Shown: positions 48,815 through 61,836 of the stretch, piece after piece | How positions within the stretch are numbered: position 1 is the first letter of the stretch | Layout of the letters: the number at the start of each line of letters is the position of its first letter | Source: Octopus bimaculoides | Lineage: Eukaryota | Direction of reading: 5' to 3' | Length of the DNA stretch: 64,000 nt | NCBI RefSeq assembly: GCF_001194135.2 | Contig: NC_068998.1 | Coordinates: 38,260,732-38,324,731 of the forward strand | Position numbers and translations under genes: made by a program | The notes under the pieces: generated by a model | What the model was told of the DNA's origin: nothing | Seen by the model: the letters and a program-made list of their open reading frames with translations, nothing else | The model's database searches: none

Positions 48815-49495
48815 GATCGACAAGAGTCAACAAACTTGAAACATCGATGCCTCNNNNNNNNNNGAATTTTTTTCTCCATGGTAACTGCTATCTATTTGCC
48901 TTTACCAATTAAAACATATTTCAACTAACCTAAACTGTGAATTTAGGTTACATACACACACATTTTTACTTATGCACAGACATACATATACGTACACATA
49001 TATACATACATACACAAATATATATACATACGAACACACACACAAATATATATACATACGAACACACATATATATATATATATACACACACACATATAGG
49101 CACAGGAGTGACTGTGTGGTAAGTAGCTTACTTCCCAACCACATGGTTCCAGATTCAGTCCCACTGCGCAGCACCCTGGGCAAGTGTCTTCTATAGCCTC
49201 GGGCTCACCAAAGCCTTGTGAGTGGATTTGGTAGATGGAAACTGAAAGAAGCCCCTCGTGTGTATGTGTCCCTACCATTGCTTGACAACCGATGTTGGTA
49301 TGTTTACGTCACTGTAACCTAGCAGTTCGGTAAAAGAGACCAACAGGATAAATACTAGGCTTACAAAGAATAAGTCTGGGGATCAATTTGTTCAACTAAA
49401 GGCAGGGCTCCAGCATGGCTGCAGTCAAATGACTGAAACAAAAAATACATATATACACACGCATATATAAAAACACATACATACACACCTACACA

Positions 49496-50169
49496 AAATC
49501 ATGTACTAAAAATAGATATATAAACATACTTTAAAATATATCAGAAATACATTAAAAATATAAAACAATTGCAGTGTGGAAGGTGTTTATAAGCCATTTA
49601 AGAAACACCTGGAATTTTGTCAGTGAACAGGTCGCGATCTCAAAGCGACGAAAATATTTTGGCAAATTAAATTTAAATGTTGAAGTGAATCTAACGGTTT
49701 TTGTGTGTTTCTTAAATGGTTTATAAACATCCTCCACGCTGCAATTGTTTTCGTTCCAGCACACGATCTCAGATCAGGTCACTTGCTATGCAAGGACATC
49801 TCCATAATTAAAAATATATATAAGTATATAAAGAATATATTAAGAACGGTATTAAAATTATATACACAGAATGGGTGGAGTGCAGGGAATACTGTAAATC
49901 TATAGACATGTTTACAGTTTAAAATCCAACAACCATTTCTGGGGAGATGGTGGCCATCAGAATTTAACGAACTATTAACATCTATATGGATTTACAATAT
50001 TCTTTGCACTCCACCCATTCTGTGTGTATAATTTTAATGCCGTTTTTATTGTAAATAGGACTATAAATTATATGTTCTTAATATATTCTTTATATATTTT
50101 CAATGTATTTTTGATATATTTTTAAGTATGATTTTATATTCATATATTTATATTTTTAGTACCTGATTC
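49496..50169. mobile_element. long foldback element with a second hairpin element inserted in its left arm
   Basis: Outer arms 49496-49560 plus 49826-49910 pair with 49975-50169. The insert at about 49561-49825 has its own inverted repeat of about 47 bp (49563-49608 with 49705-49751). Confidence 0.82.
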
Positions 50170-50411
50170 TGTGCTCAGTAATTTTACAACAGAATATATT
50201 TTAGTAACCTCTCTTTTGTTTCTCATCATTATTTTTCCCTATTTTCTTATGGCTTAAATATACTGAGCAATTCGATGTGTCCTATATACAGAGAAAATGA
50301 ATTATATATATACACATACATACACACACAGCCAGATGTATATTATAGATAAATATATGTACTGATGTCATATATGGCTGACATTGCAATGAAAGGGTAT
50401 AAGCAACATAC

Positions 50412-50421
50412 CTGATAACCC
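50412..50421 (-). CDS. candidate 10-nt microexon
   Basis: ggccttttgtattgcag|GGGTTATCAG|gtatgt. Read in phase 0 it ends in phase 1, matching the start of 48613-48736. Confidence 0.25.
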
Positions 50422-52995
50422 CTGCAATACAAAAGGCCACACACAAAACAAAAACTAATGATTGTATAGAGCAGACTTCATAATTATGGTTACTGCTAAT
50501 AGGTACTGACATTGTATTTGTGTTGCTAGAAACCATTTGAATGAAACCACATACACACACACAAACATCATTATCAGGATCTTAAGAATAACCAACTGGT
50601 TTGTGGTTTACAAATACATGAACATAAGACAAATTGAATGAATATGATTTGTTGATAGGGACATTGATGGCTTTGTTCCATGTTGCAAATGGTTGAAAGC
50701 CGAGCAATTACATGACGAAGATCAGACAATGTTATTTGCATTCAGTTATATTCTTTAATTCTTTAGCATTCAGATTAATCAGTCAACTGTAATATTCATT
50801 TATACACATTGTTTTTAATTTATCATGCATTATATCAAAGCTCCAAGATCTCGATGATATGGTGGCTTATTTTTATAGAATGACATTGTACAGAAGGTGT
50901 AAAAAATCAGATGTGACAAGTAGGAACATAAAACAGGTTGAATACTTGGGTTGGATATGGCCTGTTTAAATGCTAACATTCAAATTGTTCCAGGGATGAA
51001 TGAGAATTTCATTGTTTTGAGATCAATAAAACAAGTTCCAATCCAGAAGAGGGGTCAATGTAATTGACTTTATACTCCCCCAAAACTTTCAGGCTTTGTA
51101 CTAACCAATGTGACAGATCGCCAACAATTATTTGCATAGTATTAATGCTGCAGACAACAGAATTAGATGGCAAAAATGGTTCATGGTAAGCACAGTTGAA
51201 ATTCTGTCAGAATTAGATATTTATACCTATGGCTCACTAAAAAGTACTACAAAATATACTGAGCTCATGCTCACTCTTGGAGCCTTGTTTCAGAGTTGAA
51301 ACAACAGAAGCATTTCGTGATGAATTTCAATGATTTGAAGAGCATAAAAGAAAACCTGACACATGAATGAAATCACTGCTGTACACCAACTTATTTATTA
51401 AATGTTCAAGATAATTTGGTCGTTACTTTGGCATAAATATTTTAGATGCATATTTGAAGCAGCAGAATTGTTAACATGCCAGGAAAAAATGCTTAGCAGT
51501 ATTTCATCCATCTACATGTACTTGAGTTCAAATACCGCTGAAATCTACTTTGCCTTTCATCCTTTCAGAGTTGATAAAATAAGTACCAGCTGAGCACTGG
51601 AATTGATATAATCAACTAGCCCCCGTCCCTGAAATAGTTAGTCTTGTGCCAAACTTTGAAATCAATACGAGATATAAAGTGAGAGAAAATGTAACTAAGT
51701 CAGTTAAAATATTTCCTATTGTAATTCAGGTTTTAACTACGTGAACACCACCACCACATACACAGCTAAACCATTCTCTGTTTCTCTTCTTCAATCACTC
51801 ATTCTAGACTTTGTCCAATACTTTCTGTCAAGCAAACTACATCCCCTATCAAATATAACCACACATATTCCTGCCAACACCAGCTATCCTGCATCAGTTC
51901 AAATCATGAACCCTAACCTCACTGATTTTAGAGTACAGGAAATAACACATGGATTGCGATCAAATCCTGGCAAATTATATCTGGTCATGCTGGGGCATTG
52001 CCTTGAAAGGCTTAGTCAAACAAATGAACCCAGTACTTATTTTATCAGTCTCTTTTGTTGAAGTGTTAAGTAACAGGGACATAAATAAACCAGGGGTGGC
52101 AAGACAAATACAAATATGTGTATGTACGTGTATGTATATATATAATTAAATTCACTCAAAGCATGAGACAACCTGGGGTCAAAATAGAAGACACCTGCTC
52201 TAAGTGCCACACAGTGGGACTGAACCAAAAACCATGTGATTGCTAAGTGAGCCACTTCACCACACAGTCATGCCAATAAACAAAAACATGGCTACATACT
52301 GCTAAAGGTCCAGTATAAACTTCCCAATAACAAAAGTTCAAATATTACAAATGGTGACTCAACCAATTCCAGTGATCAGAAGTTTCCTCTACAATCGTCT
52401 CTGAGCCTAAAAGAAGATTTATGCTGAGCATTGGAAGCAAGATAAGAGAAATCCCCATCTAATCTTTATAGCTGTATGTCCTATGATATACATTTCCATT
52501 TAGGTGCAATGTGCCAGAAATAGTTAAGGCACAATGCAGTGTTGATGGCCTTGATTTGAGCAATCAGTAGGACAATAGGGTATGGTGTAAAGATCCCTTT
52601 CGGTCATTAATGACCATGGGATTGCACCTAGAAAGTTCCCCTCCCAGGCACAAATCCAAGAAACATTGTTTATGGAAGACCAGCAGACACCCATGCATAC
52701 CAGCCTCCCCTCTCCATGCCACTGATGTTGTCCAAGAGAAAGGCAAAGGGCTGTACAGTTTGGCACCAGTCATGTTGTAACTCATTTCTACAGCTGAGCG
52801 AACCAGAGTAACATGAAATAAAATGTCTTGTTCAAGAACACAACACACAGCCCAGTCTAGGAATTGAACTCACAGCAGGACAATAGCAACCATAGTTAAA
52901 ATGGTTGTCCAAATTATAGATAGACCCCTGATGGTTTAAATGTCATTCTGAGACAGAACAAACAACCACAAGGGACCTTATTAATCTAACGCTAA

Positions 52996-53225
52996 GCAGA
53001 TCAATATTTTAGTTAACATCAAATTGTGACTTACTCATCTGGTGATAAACAATCAATATTTTAGTTAATATCATTAAATGATGATTTGTGTATCTAATGT
53101 TAAACAATCAATATTGTAGTTAATATCAAATTGCAATTATTTATCAAGTGTTAAGCAATCAATATTTTAGTTAATATTAAATTACTCATTAACCTAATGT
53201 TAAACAATTGATATTTTAGTTAACA
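52996..53225. repeat. degenerate minisatellite, five units of about 50 bp
   Basis: Core AACAATCAATATTTTAGTTAA recurs with periods of about 49-55 nt. Confidence 0.85.
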
Positions 53226-56200
53226 CAATTACATGGCTTGCATTCAAAAAAATCATTAAAACAGACAAAATACTTCCCAGTATTTATTATTTACAATATG
53301 AGTTCAAATACTTCTCGGGTCACAACTCGGTCTTTATTTCTTCCAATAAAGCACCAATAAAATACAAGGGTTGTCATAATTAGCTATACTCTTCCTCAAT
53401 ATTCAGAAATCAACATTATTAAACAGCTTTATTAGAAGCAACTGTCTGTCTTTAACATTTAGCAAAATCAACTCGCATCTCTTTCTCTCTCTCCAGGTGG
53501 GGAAGCCATGTATTCACTGCTTCAGCAAGAAACATGCTCTCTACACACTATCATAGTTTCCTATTCCTCTAGTCTATAACCCTGCGCAGTGGAGGAGTCT
53601 TATCCTGCGGGTACTTGGCAATGTAACTGGTGGTGATGTCATGTAAAAAGCACCTAGTAAGTACAGTGTTAAGTGGTTGGCATTAGGAAGCGCATCCACC
53701 TGTAGAAATCATGTCAAAGACGTGGAACCCTACCTTCCACTCCCCTCCTGGCTAGTCTGTCTTTTAAACCATCCAACCCATGCCAGCATGGAAAAAAGGA
53801 TGTTAAATGATGATGATGACGAATTCTGAGATGTATGGCTACATCAAAAAGTGGAGGAGAGTTGGCATACAGCCCCCACACACCTCCTTTTTTTTAAACA
53901 ATGATTTGTAAGAGAATATATATACTCAGTCAATCGAGCCAAAACTGACCAAAGTATAACTGGTTGGTTCATCTTGGGATACAATATAGTAGTTGAGCCC
54001 TCAGAAAATGTTTTAACTCACAGTGCATGTAGAGAGAACAGAATTAAAAATGCAGTCAAATGAAAGGAAAGATAGGAGAAGGAATGAATCTAAAACACAC
54101 GCACGCACACACGTGTGTGTGTGTAATTTGCTGATATGCTGGATGGGAAGAGTGATGAAGCTTAGATGATACAAAAGGTGCCATGGAAAATTTTGGAGAC
54201 AACTGACTACTAAACAATACAAATATAATACACTGGAAAAATGATGTATTACAGACCAAATTCATCCCTGCCATCATGGTAAAACAAACATTAAAATGGT
54301 GATTTTGATGATGACAACAAGGAAAAATGAGAAGAGTGAAGATGCAAAATATCTAAATTGCACAATGAATATTTAGCACCAAAAGTATTTGTTTGCATTT
54401 TGGACACACTATAAAGTTAGGCTGTTGGTACATTTCCATTTAATGTTATAATAGGTACCCAATCATGAATTACCTGGTTAAACACTATCACCTGGCCCTT
54501 GGACTACCTTTAATGGAGTCTACTCTGGCACAAGAATTTGAACCAGGTGTCTAGTCTGAGACTATCGAGATTTTTCTCCCTCTAGCTATCTCTCTCTCAC
54601 AATGTTACAGAGACCATTCAAAAAGGTCACTGGTACTGCCCCTTCCTCCTCTAAGGCAAAAAAAAAGTGTTTACATACAATCTCCTCTCTCTTTCATTTG
54701 GTAACATTATATATATATAAAGCTATGGCATATAAAATAGTGAACTGATGTAGGATATCATTTAACTGTTGACATTTGGCTACAAAGATAATGATAAGAA
54801 GCACTGACTGGTAATAGTCATTGCAGATAATCTTTACAATCATTGGGACTTAGTGTAGGGTACACTTAATGGATACCAATTCTGTAGGGCATGCACTGAA
54901 TGATTACAAACTCCTTACCTATCAGATATTGTACAATTCAATACACAGTCCGGTTATTAAACCTTTTAGCATTCAGATTATTTCGTCAAATGTAATGCTT
55001 AATTTAATCATGTATTATCTCATAGCTTCAAGGTTATGATTATGTGATTATATTTTTAGAACATTGTAGGTTAGGTGCGAGGGGCCACATCCAGCTAGTT
55101 TGACCAGAAAAGAGGAATATTTAGGGAAGATATAGTCAGTTTAAATGCAAAAGGGTTAAATCATACACCAACATTATTGTATCAACAGTTACTGAGTGTA
55201 AATGGTGGGAGTTGTGTGCAATGTGGTTTGGATTCTCAGAGAAAATCACGACCATTGCAACTGCCAGTAAAAAACAAAAAAAAAAGGGGGAATATCTAAA
55301 CTCACCAACTGAAGAACAGTGGATGGGTTTGTTATTAGATCACTGGCATTAATGGACATTTCTTAAAGCTGTATAGGCACAGGTGTGGTGGAAGTGCAGT
55401 AGTTTGCTTCCCAACCACATGGTTTCCAGTTCAGTCCCCACTGCATGACACCTTGGCTAGCCAAAGACTTAAGAGTGGATCTGGCAGATGGAAACTGAAA
55501 GAAGCCCATTATATATGTGCATGTGTGTGTTGTTGTCTCCCTGCCTTGATATCACATGATGTTTGTGAGAATCCATTATAATGCAAGTGGCATCCTTTTT
55601 GTTTCCAACTTTCCACAAAAACATTACGTCTGCTCATGGAGAAATGTCACCTCTTAAGGAAACTGAACGTTAGCAACAGGAAGAGCATCCAGCCACAGAA
55701 GTCTGTCTGTGGTTGTTAAAATGATGAATGATGATATAATCGAAGAACATTAGAGAGACTGATTGTCACAGTTTTAAATTTTGCTTACCAGATTATGGTT
55801 GAGTGGTATGTTCTTTGTGAGACAGGGCACTATATACTAAATGCCAAACCCAAACAGTTGTTGGATTCAGCACGGGAAAAAGAAGAAAAAAACTAAGAAA
55901 TACAACAAAGAAAAAAGAATAAAATCACAAATATTTTGGTTTCCCCTCCTGTGTGAGATAGGGTACAGAGAGAAAGACAATTGATAAAGAGGCAGTGGAG
56001 GGAGGGAGAAGAAGAGTTCTAAGAATGGAAACAATCAACTCTTTTCTCTTTAGTTTTTTTTTCCTGAAAGTATCAGAATTTGTCAAGAACAGAGATGCCA
56101 GCTGGCATATTTGTAGATAAACAGACGACACTGATGACAACACATCTGCAAGATTACTAAAAACATGTTGAGAAAGAGTTATGGCTGGGAATTGATTTCT

Positions 56201-57054
56201 GTTTTTGTCCATTTTGAATTGATTAACAGTGACATAGTTGTTGATATAAATAACTGAATCACACACATCACCACACTACCAACAACAACAACATGTACTG
56301 AGAACAATGCTAGAAGGAAATAGGTAGAAAACACAAAAACATAACTTTTAGCTTCTCAGCAAACAAGTTGGAAATAGTTTGAACAGCCTAGCTAACCATT
56401 GCCCAGAAGATGACTAACTATCATCTAATAAGACCATCCTACAAGATGGTCTAAATTTTTAAAAATCATTGTTATCTCATACTAAAAATCCTGGAACAAC
56501 ACACACACACACATATGATAACAGCATTATACAAAGACACAGGAAGGAGGTGCTGAAGTTGACCAAGAACCAACGTAACTGGAATGGTCAACAAAATTAA
56601 CACTGGCAGGAGAGAACAAGAGCAGTCATACAGCACAAATGAACCAACCAAACCAAACCAAACCAAACATGCATTTCATTACTAGCAATGTGCTGCTACA
56701 TCCATGCAACACAAGCTGGCCTAGTCCACCTAACTGTAAATGTGTAACATACCACACAGGCTATAAATTATTTACAAATACTTCTTTAACTCTGTGGTGG
56801 TTAGCTCAACTATTAAAAAGGAAAGATAGGCTGGAGGACACTCCTGGAAATATTAGGGTTCACCCAATCACAAATACATTAGAAAAAAACTGAGTAATTT
56901 AAAAAATAAATAACTGACATATTGATGCTAAACATAAATCAAATGTAGTGTTTGTCGTTTTGTTTTTTCTTTGCTTTCTTTTCTCTCTTTTTTTTTTTAA
57001 TGAACACGGAAAGCGGAATGAGAATGAGAAGGAAAGAAAAGGACAAAGGCCAGA

Positions 57055-59665
57055 AAGTCAGGTGTACCTAGATTGGTTTATTATATAACAAGGCGATAGT
57101 GACTGCTGCCTACAGTCAGACAGTTGTTTCTTAGTACAGTTTACACCAACAAGACCAACTATATAGCTTTGTCCCTGGTTTCAGTTGTAGGAAAACAAAA
57201 GCACTGGAAAGAAAAATAAGTGTAGTACAAGAAAATACGGCAGCAACTTTTATCTGTTGGGCTGAACGAGCCGAGCAGATGTTTGGTGTTGTACTGATAT
57301 TAAATATACACGATATGAAGACCGTTTTCAGAAAGTTTCAGAGATCTTCTGTGCAATGAACCCGTTAGACAGCATAGAAATATAAGGATGATGGGGGAGG
57401 AGGAAAAAAAAAAAAACCAAACCAATTGCAACTGAACTGTTAAATGGCTAATGAGCGAGGAGGGAACATCAACTAAAAGGTTTTCCAATAAACAAAAACA
57501 AAAACAAAAAACAAAAAACAAAATCAACTAAGATTTGGATGATAGTTTTCTTTTCTTTTCTTCATAACGAACTGTTTATTGAGGAAAATGGATTTTTGCC
57601 TGTTAACATTGTATCAACAGTCAGCTTTCTGCATTCAATGTAAGTGTGTGTGTGTGTATGTGTGTGGTATGTAATTGTAGTGCGAGAAACAGTTTTGGAG
57701 AGTTGAAAAGATAATTTCTAGAAGGTAGTATACAACTGACAACTTGTATTCATTATGTCTGATTACTAAAAATTCAATATCACATAATTCTCAGATGTTG
57801 TTTCAGGTTGTTTTTCTTCTGTTTTTGTGCCTAAAACGTCAGAGGAGATCATTTGAGCGTCACAGACGAAGTTTGAGACAATGGATAACACAGCTCACTA
57901 TTTATTACTGCTGATGTCAGAGCCACACTTCTTTAGCCCTTTAGTGATCTTCAGACAAATGGAATCCAGACAGCAAGGTGATGATAAATTATATACAACG
58001 GAATGAAGAGCGGCAAGGTAAAGGAAAAAATGTGGAAGAAAAGACGAGAAATTAAAAAAATAAATACTCACACATCACATAAAATGGAAATATTTGTCAG
58101 ACATACGTGATAAATTCTAATAGTTCTTGGTCAACTTAGCAGTCAGAACTTTATTTTAGAGACATATATATATACCTAATGAGCCAATATTTCTTTGAAT
58201 GCCATCAGATCTTTCTCCATCTTCCCCGGGTCCCAAATTGAAGAGGGGAGAGAAAAAAAAAAAAATCAATATGTAAGACTTATCAGGTTACACCGAGGAG
58301 AACATATTCATCGTAAACTAAGTTGCTGGCAATGGTTGGTAAGATTTTAAGTAAAAACGGTTCAGCCTTTTACTACCGAACATTACAAAATTCCAAATGA
58401 TCCTTCATCAGCTGTCACAGCATTGGTCATGCTGAGATGTTGTAATGGGAGGGGAAGAGGAAGGAGGAGCAGGAGGAGAGAGAAATAAGGAGAAAATTCA
58501 GTATAAAGGACTTTTTTTTTTTTTAATAAAATAGTGAATATGTAGCGACTTTTAAACCCGTATATTTCTAGACTTCTGTCAAAGATTTTAAATAATGTTG
58601 AATAACATTAAGAAAAAGTAACAGCAAAACTGAGATGGACTCTAGAAATTTCCTTTTCTGTACATTTATTTCTTGTGACATACGAGTATAAAGCCTTTGC
58701 ACAATGGGAATATCAAAGTTGACTCATGAGAATTACTACAAAAAGGAAACTACACACGTTCCAACCTTTGATAACCTTTTCCTTTTTTAACTTGTTACAT
58801 ATAAATACTGTGCTTTTCACTGGACATCAGGAGGTGAAACGGAATCACATCTCTAGTGATCAGTGTTCTTGGCAAAACACTGCACTAGTTATTGATTTCT
58901 TGCTGGCTTTGCTTTTTCCCAAATGTAAATTTTTGATAAATTGAAAAAGGTAACTGACCAGAACCTTTCTGTTTATGCTTTTGGCAGGAGCACCTGTAAT
59001 TAAGTTCAACCTACCTGAACTGTAGGTAAAGCCAAATGATTTATAACCTGTTTCTTTTTTTTTTTTTTAAATCTTCTTTTAATGCAATTCATTTGTAAAG
59101 CCCTCCACAACAAAGAAAGTTGCACACCTAAAGATGTACAAAAATAAAAATCACCTAATTTGACATATTCCCATATTCCCCTTCCAATGGAGCACAAGGC
59201 TGCTGCAACCTGTGTCATGCTTTGTTTGTTAGTTTTCTTTTTCAATTTCTTTTAACTGATGAGATAGATTTTAGAGAGGAGAGAGAGAGAGAGAGGGGAA
59301 GAGAGATAGAGAGAGAGAGTAAAAGAAACAGAGGAGATAGCAAGAGAGAGAGAGAGAGAGAGGGAAAGTATTTTTTTCTCCACATAAAAAGCTATACATA
59401 ACTACACCTTTGATGAAATGATGATGATGAGAGAGAAAGATGAGTTGTAACTACATCCTCCCATATTAAAACAATTTTCGTCTTCCTTTCCTTCCACTTT
59501 CTGTTTTAATTACTTCTAGCCAGTGTTTTTATTTTCCTCCATAAAACAGAGGAAGACTTTTCTCTTCACAGCTTGATTCCATGAAGTTGATATGACAAAA
59601 TGTACAGATACAATGGAAATGAAAGTAATGGCTTCATCAAAATAATGTCAGTGACATAATCCCTA
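57055..59665 (-). other. probable ARID1 3' UTR (about 2.6 kb or longer)
   Basis: Directly follows the stop. No SINE or MITE between about 55750 and 59665, unlike the rest of the window. Minus-strand AATAAA at 58665-58670, 58150-58155, 57901-57906, 57575-57580 and 57077-57082; the last is followed by a U-rich tract. The true end is not determinable from sequence alone. Confidence 0.55.
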
Positions 59666-61836
59666 CTATGAGTGTGAACACTCGTAAAGTACATCAGCTA
59701 GAGTCTGTGCCACATGCTGGTCAAGTATTTGAGACATAACTAAAGTCAAAAGTCTGCTCTGTTGGTGTACAAAACATGGTCTGTTCTCTGGCACCCGAGC
59801 TAAATGTACCAGTATATTTGCAGTCCGTCGTAACATATCTAGACTAGTTCCCATCATTTCTGGACTGTCCCTTAACACATTGATACCATGAGTGCTTACT
59901 ACCTGCACAGCATTGTGTTCGGCTGTCTCTAAAAAGTCTATCAGCAACGATACACTCGGATGCTGCATAGCTATGGCACGGGCAGCACTGCTGTCTCCCT
60001 GCACAAGCTCTGATAGTAACACAACTGCAAACTCCTGAGTTACTTGCTCCTTTTTATTAGCAAGCATTTTAGTCAAGTTATTAACAAGCTGTACTATCCG
60101 ATTAAAGGGTGGTGTTGCAAGCAACAAGTCCACATTAGCTTCATGTATGCACAATTTACATAATGCTTCAAGTACTAATCGCTGAGGCGAAAGGACGGAG
60201 GATGGTGACATGCTTGGCAAGGGATCCTGGGCGCAGGAGGAGGGGCAGACAGCCCAGTGAAGCAGCCCATTCAATATAGGCAAACAGATGTCCTCAGGGT
60301 ATATTGAGAGATCAAGCTGCCCACATATGTTAGCAAAAATAACCAATGTGTTCTCACGTAATGCATGCAAATGATCCCACCACCATTCGTGTTCAGACAA
60401 GGAAACATCTTCAAACTCTGTTTCTTCTTTATCAAGTTTTCTCCGTACCTTCACCCGAGGGGGGTGTTGATGATGGAGTAATAATAATTTTCCTAGAATA
60501 TACATCAGACCGGGATGTCTGGACATTTCAGAGTCATTTCCCTGGATACACGACAAACTGCGAAATATATTAGAAATGCATACACACCGCCGCCCAATCT
60601 CATCTTGAGCTTCTGACATAAGGCATACTGCAGGGCTATCTCTCTCAAAGGCCTCTTCTTCAGGATCTTCACACAGCTCAGCTTTCCTTAACAGGGATTC
60701 AATTGATATTCCATTTTCAATATGGCTCAAAATGGATTCATTTTTAAGCGAATTAGTTTTCTTATCTTCAGATTTTACTAATTTATCTTTATCCACTTTT
60801 GTTTCCACTTTTTGAGACTCTAAATCTTTTTTTACAACACCATCCTTTTCACAATGGTTTTCACTATTTACACAATTTTTTTCAGTGCCATTTTTTGTGG
60901 ATTCACTCTGTTTCTGTTCAGAATCTAGATTTTTACAATTCTCCTCAGACCGAGGCTCTTCTTTGACGCGATCAGATGCAGCAGCAGCAGCAGCAGCAGT
61001 GGATACTTCAGTATCAGCTGGGGTGCAAGTTGGCTTCGTAGCAGCTTTGTTTTTCTCAGCCTCCTCAACAGGTTCTTTTTTAATGTGGACTTTTGTGATG
61101 CAATTTGGTAAATTGTCCTCAACCACCCCATTGACGGTTTTGTTGTTCTGGCAGGTTGATTTTAATAATAGACGCACCTCTTCCGATGCATGTTCAGCAG
61201 GTTCTCGCATTATACAATTTGATTCAGGCAAACTAATGTTGATGCTATCATCTTCACAATTTTTTTTCATGCCACGGTAAAGGAAGAATTTCTTTAACAC
61301 TTTATGATTAGATAGACTTTCAAAGTGAGTTTGAACATGTTTGGTCATATCACCACCACCTAGCTGCCAATGTTCTGCTTTGCTCGTGAAATTTGTGTAC
61401 ACATCCCAATGTTTCCCATGTAATAGAGCAGTATCTCGATCATTCTCATTGATTTTCACTATTTTCCCTTGCCTTGTAATGTAAGTATAGTTTTCTCCTG
61501 TTCGCATACCTTTCCACACAGTATCACTTTCCAAATTTTTGAAATCATCTACATCCATATGTGTTTCTTTAGACTTTGCTCCTTTCTTTTCTTTATGTTT
61601 TAACATAGCAGTATTGTAACCAACTTCAAGTTCATTAAACAGGCCAAATATGTCGATAAGACAGCGCCGGAAGTGTTCCAGTAAAACTTCAAGTAGCCCT
61701 GGTAAGTGTGATAAAGTGAAGTAAGCCACTGTTGAATCATCAAATAAAAGAATAGACAATGTATCCAAAGCCCAAGTACTTTCTGCAAGCATGCCAGACT
61801 TTAATGCCATCATAAGTTTCCAGGGTTCAGTTTGAC
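59666..61836 (-). CDS. ARID1: ARID1A/B (Osa, BAF250) terminal coding exon, BAF250_C armadillo-like domain
   Basis: Uninterrupted frame with hallmark motifs: EPWKLMMALKSGMLAESTWALDTLSILLFDD, LPGLLEVLLEHFRRCLIDIFG, WQLGGGDMTKHVQTHFE, RRCVCISNIFRSLS, WWWDHLHALRENTLV, GLLHWAVCPS, NVDLLLATPPF. Acceptor tttttgatttcag|GT at 61837/61836 (phase 1), so the ORF-track start at 61870 is intronic. Stop TAG at 59666-59668, followed by a second TAG. Upstream exons lie outside the window. Confidence 0.97.

Noticed and set aside
52996-53225. CRISPR-like repeat/spacer appearance
   Set aside because: Eukaryotic context, spacers related to each other, degenerate repeats, no cas genes.
60346-61788. Overlapping ORFs 60346-60573(+), 60885-61280(+), 60925-61131(-) and 61600-61788(-)
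   Set aside because: Shadow frames of the ARID1 exon with no recognisable motifs.
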